A stretch of 64,000 nt of DNA from Vicugna vicugna. Lineage: Eukaryota. The DNA is taken from NCBI GenBank assembly GCA_013265495.1, contig MU058781.1, positions 2,024,158-2,088,157 of the forward strand, given 5' to 3'. The translations under genes were made by a program, and so were the position numbers. Below, one piece after another: positions 50,215 to 63,411 of this stretch (positions are counted from its first letter, which is position 1; the number at the start of each line of letters is the position of its first letter). The notes beneath the pieces are model-generated. The model made no database searches. It was not told where the DNA came from and worked only from the letters and a program-made list of their open reading frames with translations.

Positions 50215-50820
50215 TTAAAAAAAATTTAAATGTGCAAAAATACATATGACATCAAATTTACCGTGATAATCATTTTTTAGTGTAGAGGTCAGTAGTTTTA
50301 AGTATGCTCACCCTGTTGTGCAACCAATCTCCAGAATTCTTGTCATCTTGCAAAACAGAAACTCTACACCCATTAAGCAGTAACTCCTCATTTCCTCTCT
50401 CTCCGAGCTCCCACCCCCCTGGAAACCACCATTCTACCGTCTGTCTCTGAATGTGACCACTCTAGGTGTCGTACGTAAGTGGAATCACACAGTGTTTGTC
50501 CATTTGGGATGGGCTTATTCCACTTAGCATTACGTCCTCAAGGTTCATCTGTGTTAGAGCATGTGTCAGAATTTCCTTCCTGACTGACTATACTTTAGTT
50601 AAAAAAAAATAAGACCTTTTCACCAGGATGAATGATTATTCAGATAAAGTAAAGAATTATTTAAATGATAAAAGAAGAATTTCCTTCCTTTTTAAGGCTA
50701 AATAGTGTTCCATTTACGTATATACCCCATTTTGTTTATCCATTCATCTGCCAGTGAACACTTGGATCACGTCCATCTTTTGGCTGATGTGGATAATGGT
50801 GCTATAAACATGGGTGTATG
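50215..50820 (-). mobile_element. L1MB-type 3' end (antisense) carrying a 94-bp insertion
   Basis: 'gttgtgcaaccaatctccagaa...aaccaccattcta...gtggaatcacacag...cacttagcat...ttttgtttatccattcatctg'. Confidence 0.9.
50582..50675 (+). mobile_element. Micro L1 insertion: ~20 nt of L1 terminus, A9, then ~65 nt non-L1 sequence
   Basis: Perfect 14-bp TSD agaatttccttcct at 50568-50581 and 50676-50689. Confidence 0.85.
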
Positions 50821-51129
50821 AAACCCATGTTTTTAATTACAACAGTAAAAGGCTCATATTCCATTTCATGACTAACTTGCCATCTGATCCTCAAGAAGTT
50901 GAATTTTGTAGACAGGGTAAAATTTTTCTATTTCAGGAAGCCCTTTTGACCTGTGATCCTCACTAATATGGCTGAGGTGGGGGGTCAGGAAATCTGTGGG
51001 CATGGAGCAGAAATGAAGCGAACTGGTCTACAAATCTATCTAAATTTTAATTGTAGTCTCCTTAGCACTAAATTTTCATTGGCAAAACTGTTTCAGCCAA
51101 GATACACTGAATGAGAGCTATTACTCAAG

Positions 51130-51340
51130 AGTTCTACCCTTACGGATGTAATAGTCTTGGCCAATAGTTGGCAGTGCGTAAAATGCTCCAGACACCATTC
51201 TTGGCTAGGACACCTCAGTATACCTGTTGTACAAGTGGGAAAATGAGCCAGAGAGGGGCAAAGCACCTGGCCCAATGGAAAACACTACTCAGGTATTTGA
51301 ACCCCAGTAGTTTTGCTACAAAACTCATGCACTTTACTGC
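51130..51340 (-). mobile_element. MIR SINE
   Basis: 'acaagtgggaaaatgagccagagagggg...cacctggccca...gtatttgaacccc'. Confidence 0.65.
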
Positions 51341-51499
51341 CACACTACACTGTACTTCATCTTCTCACATACAAGGGTAGATGTGAGTGGGCGCATGTGT
51401 ATAATTGTTATTTTTGACAACCAGCAACGAAAGAAGACATGTTAGAACTCCAAACTGATATTTCTAGAAAATGGTGTGACAACATACGATAGAAAATAC

Positions 51500-51710
51500 T
51501 CTAGTTTTGTAACGGAACACAATTAGGTTGAATCTCAACCTTCCCACCAGCTGTCTGGTAACATTAACCAAGTGTTTTATCCTCTTGGCCTTGGTTTCCT
51601 CATCTGAGACTGGGGATAATAATATCTACTTGCGTTAGTTGTAAACATTTAAGAAAATAATGTCTGTAAAATACTTAGCTGCTGGTAGGTACTCAATAAA
51701 TGCTAGTTTC
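51500..51710 (+). mobile_element. MIR SINE
   Basis: 'ggtttcctcatctg...ggggataataatatctact...tactcaataaatgctag'. Confidence 0.8.
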
Positions 51711-52837
51711 TTAACTCTTACAAGGCAAAAGAAAAATGTGATCTCAAAAAACAGATACGTGTTTTTATAACAACTTGCACTGCATAAACACATTCATTAC
51801 CACTTTATTTTTCTATGTACAAGGACAATTAAGAATTAGATTGCCTCCTCCCTCTCTTGCATTCTGCTAGAGTCAGTGTACAAGAAATGCTTTATGTTAG
51901 ATACCTAATAGTAGGTCCTGATAAAATCAACCCCACATTTTTTTTAAGCGGGGAAAAAGCTCCAAATGGCAGGATCAGGGTCAGCACTAATGGATTATAC
52001 CTGTATCCTCCTTCCCTTTGCTCCAGAATACCATGACTTTGAGCACTTATCATAAATCAGCCTTTGGTGCCAGCACAGGAAGAGCTGCCTCCCAGTCTTG
52101 ACCCAAGGCCATTGTTGTATAATAGTGTCTTGGCTGCCATATGGTCAAAGTCTTGCCCCTTCCCTTGATTTCCTTTTTAAAATGGTGAAACAATTTGATT
52201 AATAGAACATGCTATCAATCTTCTATTTTATTGATAAAACAATACACACATGGAAGCCAAGATATTACTTGTCCAGATAGCTCAGTTGATTCAAGAATGA
52301 TCACACTTGGTAGGACAGTGGTGCACAAGGGAAAAGATTTCTTCAAGTTGCCCCAATATGCTTGGCTTTGAAGACATGCACAGTGAGGCACAAAGGGGAC
52401 AAACACACAAATGTATTAAGGCCTGTGGCTCTCAAAAGGTGACTTTCTTGACAGCAGAGAAGGAGTTTCTCCACAGGGATTGAAAGATAGCATATGTCTC
52501 TACATGGACATATCAGCATCTTTACACACATATATAAATCAAATATATGCTTCATGTGGTTTCTCATGAAACCGTTTTCTTTTCCTTGTAATGTTTTTCC
52601 TTGAACAAAAAGTTTAACTCCCTCATTCATTATCATTGTATGATTATTAGGGATTGAATGCCATTAAGTCAAATACCAAATGAATGGCAAGTTCAAACAA
52701 GCATAAGAAATTTTGGAACTGTCTGTAAAATGGATTCTGTTATCCCATTTGTGCAATAAACATCTTATCCACACTACTGGAGGTTCCAGCCTTCTGATAG
52801 ATAAAAACATATGACTGAGTTCAAAAACCAAAAGACT

Positions 52838-53090
52838 ATTATTTTAAAGACTATTATTTTAGAGAGGTTTAAGGTTCACAGCAAAACTGAGAGGAAGATA
52901 CAGAGGTATCCCACATAACATACACATGCACAGGCTGCCCCGTGGTCAGCATCCCCCACCAGAGTGCTACATTTGTTACTACTGATGAACGTACACTGAC
53001 ACATCATTATCATCCAGAGACCAAGGTTCGCATTAGGGTTCACTTTTGGTGTTGTACCTCCTATGGACTGGAACGAATGTATACTGATGT
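52838..53090 (-). mobile_element. L1MC1-like 3' end (antisense)
   Basis: 'ggttcacagcaaaactgagagg...catcccccaccagagt...acatttgttac...cattagggttcact'. Confidence 0.85.
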
Positions 53091-54746
53091 GAATGTATTA
53101 CGTCTAGTGACAGTGGAAGCGTGGGTTGTTTTTCCTCATTGCTCTCTCTTGTTTATTGCCTGGGATGAAAAATTCAAAGCCCAGTCCCCAGTTAAGGTAT
53201 ATGGAGGGCTGGTGCTTTCCTGAATGGAAGGATTAAGTGGAAAAACTACTCTTTTCCAGAATTGGATCATCATCTCTGACTGTGTCTGTTTTTGTGTGCT
53301 GTGATAGTTCACAATTTCTGACGTCTTTTCTTGAACAAGGAGGGACCTCCTGGGGAGTGGGTGGACCGTCTCTGGCCAACACTTAGCTCAGATCATGTTT
53401 TTCCCTTAGGCCAACTCTGCTTACACTGTCCTTGAACTATTCAAATACTTCGATAAAACACTGTTCACATATTTTAAAGAGTAATTACTGAGCATTTGCA
53501 TTTTTAAGTTCTCAGGACCACTTTTCTTGGTTATCTGCACTGTATGGTATAAGGCCATATTCTCACTGCAGAGATGAAACCAAGTGTGAGATAGGGCAGT
53601 GACTGGTTAAGAGGTTAAGGTGCATTTTGGTTCAAGGTGAGAATTCACAGGCTTTGGTGCACTGAGCCATGTTTCCCATGCTTACATATCTGTGAAACAG
53701 CAGCTGCGAGTTGAAACTCTGAGAAATATTCTCAGTAAAGCTGAAGACTTTAAAAGAACCAGCCTCTCCCTTCCCCCTCTTCTTTCGATACAGAAATTGT
53801 CACAGTCCTCACAGCTACCTGTCCTCCTGGCCCAAATACCTTGTGACAGGGTGCTGGCTGCCTCACAAGCAACTCAGCTCAGATCCAAGTACCTCTTGAC
53901 CAGAGGTGTTCCTTCTGTTAGGTAGAACTCCGTGTCCCTGAGAGTCTGCCTTCCAGCCCTTGAAAGCTGGCCAGCATTTTGGGACAGAGGGTTTTAGAAA
54001 TAAATTTTTAAAGGGGAAATGGTAACATGCCTTTGTAGCTAGATCACTGAATTTGAGGTTCATGAGCCTTACTGATAATTTATAAATCAGTTTAGTTCTC
54101 TGTTTCTCAGGGTATCATTTCTTTGCTTTTTATCTCTCTCATTTTCTTCTGTTTTCTGCCTGGTGTCTTCCTTCTCTTGAATATATTTCTATCTTTTTCT
54201 CTGTCTCTCATGTTTATATTTCTCCCTGCAGTGTTTTTCTATTTTTCTGTTTTTCTTTCTCCCCCACCCCGCCCCCATTTACCTTTCCTTATTTCAGACC
54301 AAGGAGTGGGCTGGGTACTGAAAGAAATATAGGGAAAGCCTTTGCCCATCAAGAAAATCAGCTCTGGAATCTGGTGTCTCTCCTTTAATTAACCATAATA
54401 GAGAACCATTATTTTTCCTGGCTTTGCCTTGTGTTTCTCATTGTTAATTGAAAAAAAAAAAAGAATTGAATATATTTCTTTGTAAGGAACAAAAAGATAA
54501 TCTAGTGGGCTTATTTTTTGTACCTTTATGTGACACTCAATTGATCAATGGTCCTTGGATTGGAAAAACAATGTCTTCATCCCTGCATTACTCTCTTTTC
54601 TTCAATATGAGAAAAATGTTCGGAATAAGGCTCAGATGCTCTAGAGAGTCTACTGGTTTATTCATGTTATCAGTAAGAAAGGCCATATAGTTAGCTGGCT
54701 TATATTCAACACCTGTTGGTCCTTCACAGCATGAACTGTATGAAGC

Positions 54747-54933
54747 CAGAGGTTCTCAACTTGAGTCTGCATCAGAATCACCTAGAGGGGCAGTTAAAAC
54801 ACCCGTAGCTGGACCCCACCCCCAGAGTTCTGATTCAGCAAGTCTAGGGTGGGGCCTGAGAATTTGTTTTTCTAGTAAGTTCTGGAGTGATGCTGCGGCT
54901 GCTGGCCTGGGGGACACATTTTGAGAACCACTG
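54747..54933. mobile_element. MER5A hAT-Charlie DNA transposon, near full length
   Basis: Terminal inverted repeats cagaggttctcaa / ttgagaaccactg; internal 'gcatcagaatcacc...ctgattcag...gggtggggcctgagaatttg'. Confidence 0.92.
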
Positions 54934-56379
54934 TGTTCAACTGAACTTCAAATAGTTAAGAGACAGTTTTGCCATTAGGGGGTTGGTGGCAGGTCTATTT
55001 ACCTACGCTCATTTTTAGGGTTCAGAAGAGTGAAACTTACAATAAGCCTTGAAATAAATAAATTCACTGTTCTTATTTAAATGTTTTTCTGAGTGAAGAA
55101 AACGATTCTTCTTGAGAGGCTCAGAACTTTCAGCCTAGGCACGGGTCCAAGGGGAAGGAGGACCCTTCTGTAGATGCTGCTCAGTATTTGCACGCTCCTC
55201 TCCAACTGGGTCATGTACCGCTAGCCAGGTTTTAGGTCAACTCTGAGATCTTGTTTTTCTAAGCAAAGGAGCAAAGACACGAGCATGACTCAGGGTACGA
55301 AATGTTGACTTCCAGAAACTCCTGCTCTCACTGTTTTTGTAATTTAAAGAAATCTAATCTCTGCAAGCTACCCTGCTGTGCCTGTACCCTGACATCATGT
55401 TTGTTTGAGTTTTGGATTCAACAGTAAGATCATGACTTAAAGGAAAAAGAAAACAGCAACATGAAAAGTCAGAGTTTTTTTTTAGACCCAGGTTGTGGAC
55501 AGACCAGCTGCGGTGGGCGTGGATGTACATCCTTGTACACACACACGTGGCGTGTGCACATCCCTGCAAAGGGCACGTGGGTGGGGGAGGGGGAGAGCCC
55601 CAGCAGCACCCAATACACAAAACATACAAATACCTTATTGTTTAAGGTTCCTGAGGATCAGGTTGATCACTGGGCTCGGTGACACAGGAAAGAATTTCAG
55701 AATTTAAAAATTCCTACAAATTACAGTTAAATGTTATTTACAAAATTTAAACTTCCAGGAAAACAGTTGTATTAACTTTCTTCCAGTCCACTCCAGTAAT
55801 ACAAACTTATTGCAATGGTTCTTCAAATGAGAACCTTTCTGACTTTCTGAGACAAACTGTAAGCCGACACAATACTGTCCATCTGAATCATAAAAAATTT
55901 CATCGTCAGTATCGAGAATATTTCACTTACAAATATTTTACTACCTTTTAAAAATTATTCAGCAGACTTACCTTCAGACTCCAATTCAGTGGTGCAGAGA
56001 ACGCTTCATTTCAATTTATTTAGTCTTCTCTATGTAAGTTGGTAGCTGGGCTTGGTAGAACCAGAAAGATTCTGACGCATAAGCTTGCCTGTGAGAGGAA
56101 ATTTAAAATGTTACAACCACAGAACAGCAGGATGGGATGTCCCAACTCTGCTCCAAAGTACCTTAGCAATTTGCCCAAGCCTCCAATACTATAGCAGATC
56201 ACTTCGTCCATAATGTTCTTTGGTCTTTTGAAGAACCTTAATTTCTGGGACAAGGACAGAGACCCCAGAGATAATAGAACTAGTCAAGAGGGTAATTCCT
56301 TGTCCCAGAACCAGGCTAACCCAGAATAAAGTGAGTCTTGTTCTCCCAGATGCGTGTTTGGAACCTGTGCGTTGAATCA

Positions 56380-56605
56380 TGAATCAAGATCTGAACTCAG
56401 CAAATTCTGAGTACCTGAGATCTGATTTTAAAACATTACTAATGTGCTGAACTTACTCTCAAATATTCTGGGGTAAGTGACTTGACTTCCTTAACAGGTC
56501 ACCGAAGAATTTGCAAGAGCAGTCTCGCTCTACCTCGGCTAAGGAAATGATCGGCATCCTGCGTTGCAGGATGGTTGCGATTTAAGTGAGTATGGAAGTA
56601 AATGG
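56380..56605 (+). mobile_element. MIR SINE (diverged)
   Basis: 'gggtaagtgacttgacttc...caggatggttgcgatttaagtgag'. Confidence 0.6.
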
Positions 56606-58589
56606 GACTTTCCAGTGGGAAAGAAGGTCAAGGTGTAGAACCTGAAGGAGTCAGAGCCAAGCAGAGGGGGTAGAGGATGGAGATGGACACACAGGGTTAT
56701 GGATACAACTGTTTAAACATGCAGAGGACAAGGAGATTAAAATACACAAATGTGACTGTTGACAGTAACGTTAAGAAACTGGCTGGGCTATGGGAGATAT
56801 TTTCTCTTTCTTAATTTTTCTATGTTGTTGTTTTATAACATTTTGGTCATTCTTTTACCTCACTTTTCTATTGGAAGACAAAGTTTATTTTTAAGAGCCA
56901 TGTGAAGGTTTATCCTTAGAAAAGAGTAGACATCACTTTTAAGATCGGAAGACTGATGGTAAGAGTATCTACAGCCATAGACGACCAGGGAAGCAGAGGA
57001 AAGGGAATTAGGAAGTTCATCCCAGGTGGTCTTTGGGAAGTTTTTCCTGCTTTCTAAGTGGAATGAATGACTCTTCCCCTGCGTTCCCTTTGCCCTATAT
57101 ATCAATGCATTAATTCACCTACATGGTCTGACCACCCTTACCTGTTCTCCTGTCTCCCTCTACCCAGCTGTGAGCCCCTCCAGGACGGAGATCATGCCCT
57201 GTTTTTGTATTTAAGACTTAGCATGATTCCCGCTTCATAGCAGGTATTCAATGAATTCTTGTTGAAAATAATTCTTTTCTTGAGGAAAGAAGAACCTAGA
57301 TCATCTTCTGAGAGTGAAGGGGTAAGAATAGGGTGAGAACTTGAGAAAAGAAGTTCAGAAACAACCATGCTGGAGAATGAGAAGGTGGCTGGCTGAGGAT
57401 CTGCATCAGGATTGCTGGGTAAAATCTGCACTTGAGGAGACAAGGATGTTTTATCACATTAGGTTAAGAGCAGCATTAACTGAGACAGTAATGACGCCGG
57501 CGCACTCTCATAAGAGAAAAAAAAAAATCTAAGTTGTGGATTTCAGAGATTTGAGAGTTACCAAGAAGTCTCCTAAGACTTCCCCACACACTGGTGAGTG
57601 CAGAGTCCTGAGGTCAGGACAGCCACAGCTCCCCTCATCCTGAGAGACTCTTCAGTGTGTCAAAGAACATCATGCATGTGCTGTGACCGCTTCCCAGTCA
57701 CCTGGCACAGGAACAATCAGGACACCCCCTCCACTGGGAGAGGGGGAGAGGGTCACAGTCCAGGAGGACAGGTAAACCGAAGGTCGGAGGCACACACCGC
57801 TCCCAAGGATGCCAACTGGCTACGCTGAGCCGGGTGATTTCTCACTTTCCCTCGGCCAAGTCTCCTGTTTTGTAAAAACTCAGGCAAGGGTTTTACTGGA
57901 GTAGACAAGCATGAAATGAATTTTCCAGAGAAGTTTCTGAAGTGGGGGAAAGTTCATGGCTCAAAAGCACTGGTGGGTAATGAAATGAGATTGCAAACTT
58001 CTGTTTTTCTTTAGAAAGAGAGTTTTCCGGGTTTTAAAATCTGAATCTAAAAGTTAAGCTGTATCTTCGACTCTGAGCCCATCTTCTTCTCTAACCCTGG
58101 TGTTGCAAGTTTATTTTATGCTGCTTCTAAGTTGCCCAGGCAGGTGACTCTGGTTCTACTCAGTACCAAGATACTGTCTGGAATGCACGTAGGCTGGCCT
58201 CCCTTTGCCAGGGGCCTTGTCTCTGTGACTCCTTTTCAGCTCAGGGTCACAGCTACTTAAAGGAACACCTTGAGAGTAAACCTGGTGAAGGCTGCTTGCC
58301 TTAACCAGCTGGTGATCCCTCATCATAAGTCTTCATTAGACTGATGTTTATTATCAGGAACTCATCTTTCATTTATCTAAAACCAAATGCTAGTTTTAAG
58401 GATGAAGAAACAAAACTAAAAACATCTGGCCATCACGCTCCTCTTTGGGCACTACTTACTCAGCTCTTGTCTTTGAAATGCAATCAAACACACGTGAATG
58501 TTAGGCTCCCAGACCTAGGAGGGAGGAAGAAAGTAGAAATACAGCTTTATAAAACAAACACAGGAAAATGCTTTGATTCGTCCTAATCC

Positions 58590-58780
58590 ACCACCCATCC
58601 AATCTGCTGGTTCTCAACTCTGGTTCCACTGTCTCACCTTGAGGAAGTTGTTTAATACGTCACTGGGACTCAATTATCTCTAAGTTGGAATGATAATGCC
58701 TATTTGGAAGGGTTGTTACGAGAACTGAGTAATGTATGCAAAGTACAGAGCATGTAACCCTTGATAAATGTCTGTTTCTG
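58590..58780 (+). mobile_element. MIR SINE
   Basis: 'gataatgcctatttggaagggttgttacgaga...aatgtatgcaaagt'. Confidence 0.65.
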
Positions 58781-60339
58781 TTCTCTTCAAACTGCTTCTT
58801 GGAGTGACTCCTCTGTCTCTCTTAAAATTACCACCATCAGGGTGCAGATCTTTTTATTTATTACATTTTACATCCTTATGGCAGACATGGCATCTTGATA
58901 CAACCGCGAGCTTATTTCCTTGCCACCCATCTTGCCTGATGCTGTCAAGCCTTTCCCGTCTGGAAACATCACTTCCTTCGTGTCACCCTTGCTTGAGGCT
59001 TTCACTAGCTTCTCGTCACCTACTCACCTGCAGCCTGGAGTTCAAAACCCACAACGGCTCCATTTCATTCATTTTTTACAACTATGCTAAATGTTCCTGT
59101 TTCAATCAGGATGCCCTTTAAAACGCCTTCCTAGGGATAGGGAAGTCTAACTTATTTTCCTAATTTCATTTTTGTTTTTATGGATGTGTCTCTCTCCATA
59201 CTCTCTCCTCAGTGTTCACGTCTTTCTCTATCAAAATCCAGTGCACCCAACAAGGTTTAGCGACAGTCCAACCCCTTCCACAGAGGGACTCTGGACTTCT
59301 CCAGTCCTCGCTGACCTTTAGCCTCTTGCTGGGCTCGGACTGCCCTGATTGTGCTTGTCATGGTTTCACGCTTTTCAAGGCTGAGACACACTGCACAATG
59401 GGGAAATCCCAAGTACATGGAGGTAAGTACTGAACAGCATGTTTTCGATTGCACAGCCCAAGAGACCTGGTCCAAGAGGTCAGATCAGCTCAGGAATGTT
59501 CCCTCTTCAGTTCCTTGCCTTACTTCTTCCCTCTTTTTCTTCTTTTCTTCCAGTACAAAAAAGTATTTTACATTGACTCTTTTATCTTGATCTGCAATGT
59601 TTTATTACTTATCATTTTTTCTAATACATTTTAGAGGTACTTCTCTGACATCTTCTAGAGTGTTAAATATGACACCCTGACCTGCCCCTCAGATCCCTTT
59701 TGCCGGCATTTTCTCAAGTCAGGATTTAGAATTGCTGAGTTGTATGTTTGAAGCAACACACCTGTTAGCTGCAAATTTGTTTTATTTTTTACTTTAGAGT
59801 TACACACAAAAAATTTCTGATCATACAATGTGTCACAAAACACAGATGGTTTAGTATCCATTTATATTATGAGCTCATAGCATTACATCAGTGTTTTATA
59901 GATACAATTGCATATCCCAAGGAGTTGTTGCAATGAATTCCACATCAGCATCTTTATTTTGTGAAGAAGAGTTAGTCTTGGAATCAGTGTACTTGAAATA
60001 AACAAGAATGTTAATTTTGTAGCATTTTTAGAATTTCAATAATTGAAAATCACATACAAGCAACAGCTTCCATAGCTATGATAAATAAATCTTGCTAGTG
60101 AAAGTCTGATAGCTCTCATAACTTAATTTTAGACTTTTGGCCATTGTTAAGGGATATACTGCTTAAAAGCTAAGACTTAAAAGCTAGGATCTCCTTCTAA
60201 TCTGTTAAAGTTCCACGTCTTCTTTGAATAGAAGTTGAAAATGAAACATGTTCCTTATTCTAAGGGTCAGATACTTTGCCAAGGAGTAGACTGGCAGACA
60301 ATCAAAGGAAAACAAATGACTTAAATAACCTAAAAGCTG

Positions 60340-61790
60340 ACTCATTCACTCAGCAAATACTTATTGAACATCTCTTGTGGACAGACATTGTTCTAGACAG
60401 CAGTGATAAAGGCAGGAATAAAATGCAGCAAGTCCTTACTCTTATGAAGCTTGCATTCCTGCAGGAGATGAATGACAGCAAATGAGAAAACCGACAAGCC
60501 TGTAATTATAACCTGTAGTAAGGGCTTTAATGGGAATGAACTGGGTGTACTGAGAGCGAGCACTTTCTTTGTACAGAGTCATCAGGGAGGTATGATGTAA
60601 GGAGCTACCTGTAACGTATAAATTAAGGCCTGACAAATAAGAAGGAGCCAGCTATGCAAAGGAATAAAGGGAAAGCATTCTGGCATCTTGAAGGAGCAAA
60701 AAGATGGCTAACATGGCTAGGAGAGAGGGAGTAAGGGAGAAAATGGTACAAAGTGACAAGGAGTTAGTAGGGGCCAACTCAACTGGAGTCTTGGAAACTA
60801 GGGGAGAGGTGCATTTTATTCTGAGTGCTTTTGGAAAGGAAATACCTGGATGGTTTTAAGCATGGAAATGACATGCTCTGATTTATGTCTTAAAAACATC
60901 TCTCTGCCGTGTGGGAATGGATTGTTGGTGGGGGTCGGGAGAAGTGGAAGCAGGGAGACATTCAGAGGCAACTGCACTCATCAAGTGATGATGATGGGTT
61001 GGGTTAGCATGAAAGCAATGAAGCTAAGGTGAAGTGGATGGATTTGAGGTCTATTTTGAAGATAAAGCTATCAGACTCACTGATGGATTGGAAAAAAAAA
61101 TCAAGCCTTGAACTCCTAAGTGGGTAGAGAGGACATTATCTAAGACTGGGAGGACTGGGAAGGAATAGAATGGACAGTAGGAGAAAACGAACTTTATATT
61201 TGTCGTGTCTCTTAGTGCGATGGAGGTAATGAGTACAAAGTTGGATATCCAAGTTTGGAGCTTATGAGAGAGGTCAGGAGTGAAAATGAGAATCTGTGAG
61301 TTGTGGTGTATCAATCACAGCTCAAGACTTGGGATAAGATCATTTCTCTAGAGAGACGATGTAGGTAGAGAAGAGGCCCTAGACCTAATGCCCTGGGGCC
61401 CTTCCAACACGATAGAGACTAAGCTGAAAAGGGGAATCCATCAGAGAGGACACAGAGAACTGCCAGAGAGGTAGGAGGGAAACCGGGTAAACACAGACTA
61501 AGTGAGAGGTTCCAGTAAAGGAAGGGGTCAGCTGTGGTCAAAGACACTGAGGACCTTGAGTAGAGTCTTGGATTTGGCAACATGGAAGTTATCCGAGATG
61601 TGGACAAGAATGTCTCAGAAAGAACCCTAGGAGGGTGAGGAAGTGGCTACAGAGACCATAAATGACTCTGTTGAGAATTTTGCTAGGAAAGGGAGAAGAG
61701 AAAACAAGCAGAAGCTGGAAGGGGATGTGGGGCCAAAGGAGGGGTTTTGTTGGTATGTTTTGTTTTGTTTTAAGATGAGAGACAGGCGAG
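60340..61790 (-). mobile_element. LINE-2 (antisense), ~1.4 kb
   Basis: 3' end 'ctcattcactcagcaaatacttattgaac'; 'gttggatatccaagtttggagc'; 'ggatttggcaacatggaagtt'. Confidence 0.88.
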
Positions 61791-63411
61791 TGATCCCCCC
61801 ATTGCAGAGCGGGTTGTGTCAGAGGGCCGCAGCCTGCTGACACAGAAAGCACTTGTGGGAGCGAGGCCAGCCCTCATGACCCACTGCCCACGCGAAAGCA
61901 GGCACCAGCACACCTAGGGAGCGGTCAGGCCAGAAACACGGATTCTAAAACAAATCTTTTGACTTCTGTAATAAAAATGTAAAGTCTGAGTAAAACAGCC
62001 ACACTTTGTTTTCTTAGGTTCGGAAAATCGCAGAGCAGAGATATAAAGAAGAATCTTTAACACTTGTATTTGTAACTGTCTAGCTTCCGTTTCTGTTTCT
62101 TCCACTTATTATTTGTAGCAGCTTTTAATCAGGCAAGAATCTAAAACTTGCTGAAGCATTTTCAAAGCCTAACTCAAGCACATTCCCCAGACCCCAGGTC
62201 TCCCTCTTTCCTTGGGAAGTGTCCAAAAATAAAAGAACTTTATTTTCTCAAATAAAATGGCTCAAAGTGTAGATCATGATTTAACATGAACTTATTTAGC
62301 TGAGGAAATGAAAAACAAAAAGCGAATAAAATGCAAGGTAGAAGGATGACATTTTTAGAACAATTATTGAAAAACTTCTGGCAAATTAATAGTGTACTTT
62401 CAAATCATGATTCCACCATACAAGTAAGAGAGAGACATGAATCTGGAAAAGTCCCACTGAGCCATCAGGACAACATATAAAAGCAAATGTGTTGTATGGG
62501 GACAAAAGAGTACAAAGAAAATTGTATGTTTATGCTGCAATTTGGATTTAGTGAATACAAAACTTGGAACTTTAAGTGTAATTAGGAGATTGAAATGGAT
62601 TCAAAGATTAGACACTGCTACCAAAAAAAAAAAAAAAAGGACAGTCACACTGATAAGTTTGCACTTCCATCTCTGGTCTCTCACCAACCTTCCACCACCA
62701 CCAGAATATCCCTGTTCTCAATCTTATGATCTGAACCCCATTTTCTAACCTACGTTAGATGTCCCCACCAGTTCCCAAAGACCAATGTTTAGGGGGAGGG
62801 TATGGGCCAGATAGATACAGATTTCAAAGACAGGTTCAAATTTCTAATTTATTTTCATTTGAGGAACCAATACCATTGCTTTTTCCTTCATGAAATCTTT
62901 CCCAGTCTTTCCAACAGGAAGTAATCTCTCTCTTCCCTAAACTTCCAAAGCACCGTAACACTTCCCCTTGTGGTACTTTCTACTTGTCCTCATGTGTATA
63001 TAGTGATTTATAGGAATGGCATCTTTCCTCTGGGGTGAACCTCGGATGGGAGGGTTTGGGCTTTTAGATCTTAGTATTTCCTGTTGTACTTAACACAGTG
63101 CCTTGTATTTAGTAAGTGTTGAATATGTAAATATTGGCTGAAAAGTTGTGTGAGATTTTATGAGATGAAGGTGTCTATTTCACAGCAGAACTTACAGTGT
63201 GTCTGGATTGGACAACGACTGTGCAGCTACCAGCACTGGTAGCTTACTACCAGAGCCATGGCTCTCTGCACGACCTTGGGGCCCTGCTGGCACTGCCCTT
63301 TGCATGCGTGGAGGCCCCAGAATGTTGTAATGAAGTGTCCCGTTTTCCTACTGAGACCTTTCATTGCAATAGGGTTACATCCTTCACTGCACACCCTCAA
63401 AGTCTGAGGAA

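Noticed and set aside
56498..56591. Plus-strand exon-like segment (ttaacag|...|gtgagt)
   Set aside because: Lies within a diverged MIR and shows no recognisable coding homology.
62792..62803. 'gggggagggtat' resembling the SINE 5' end
   Set aside because: No box A/B or tail follows; chance match.
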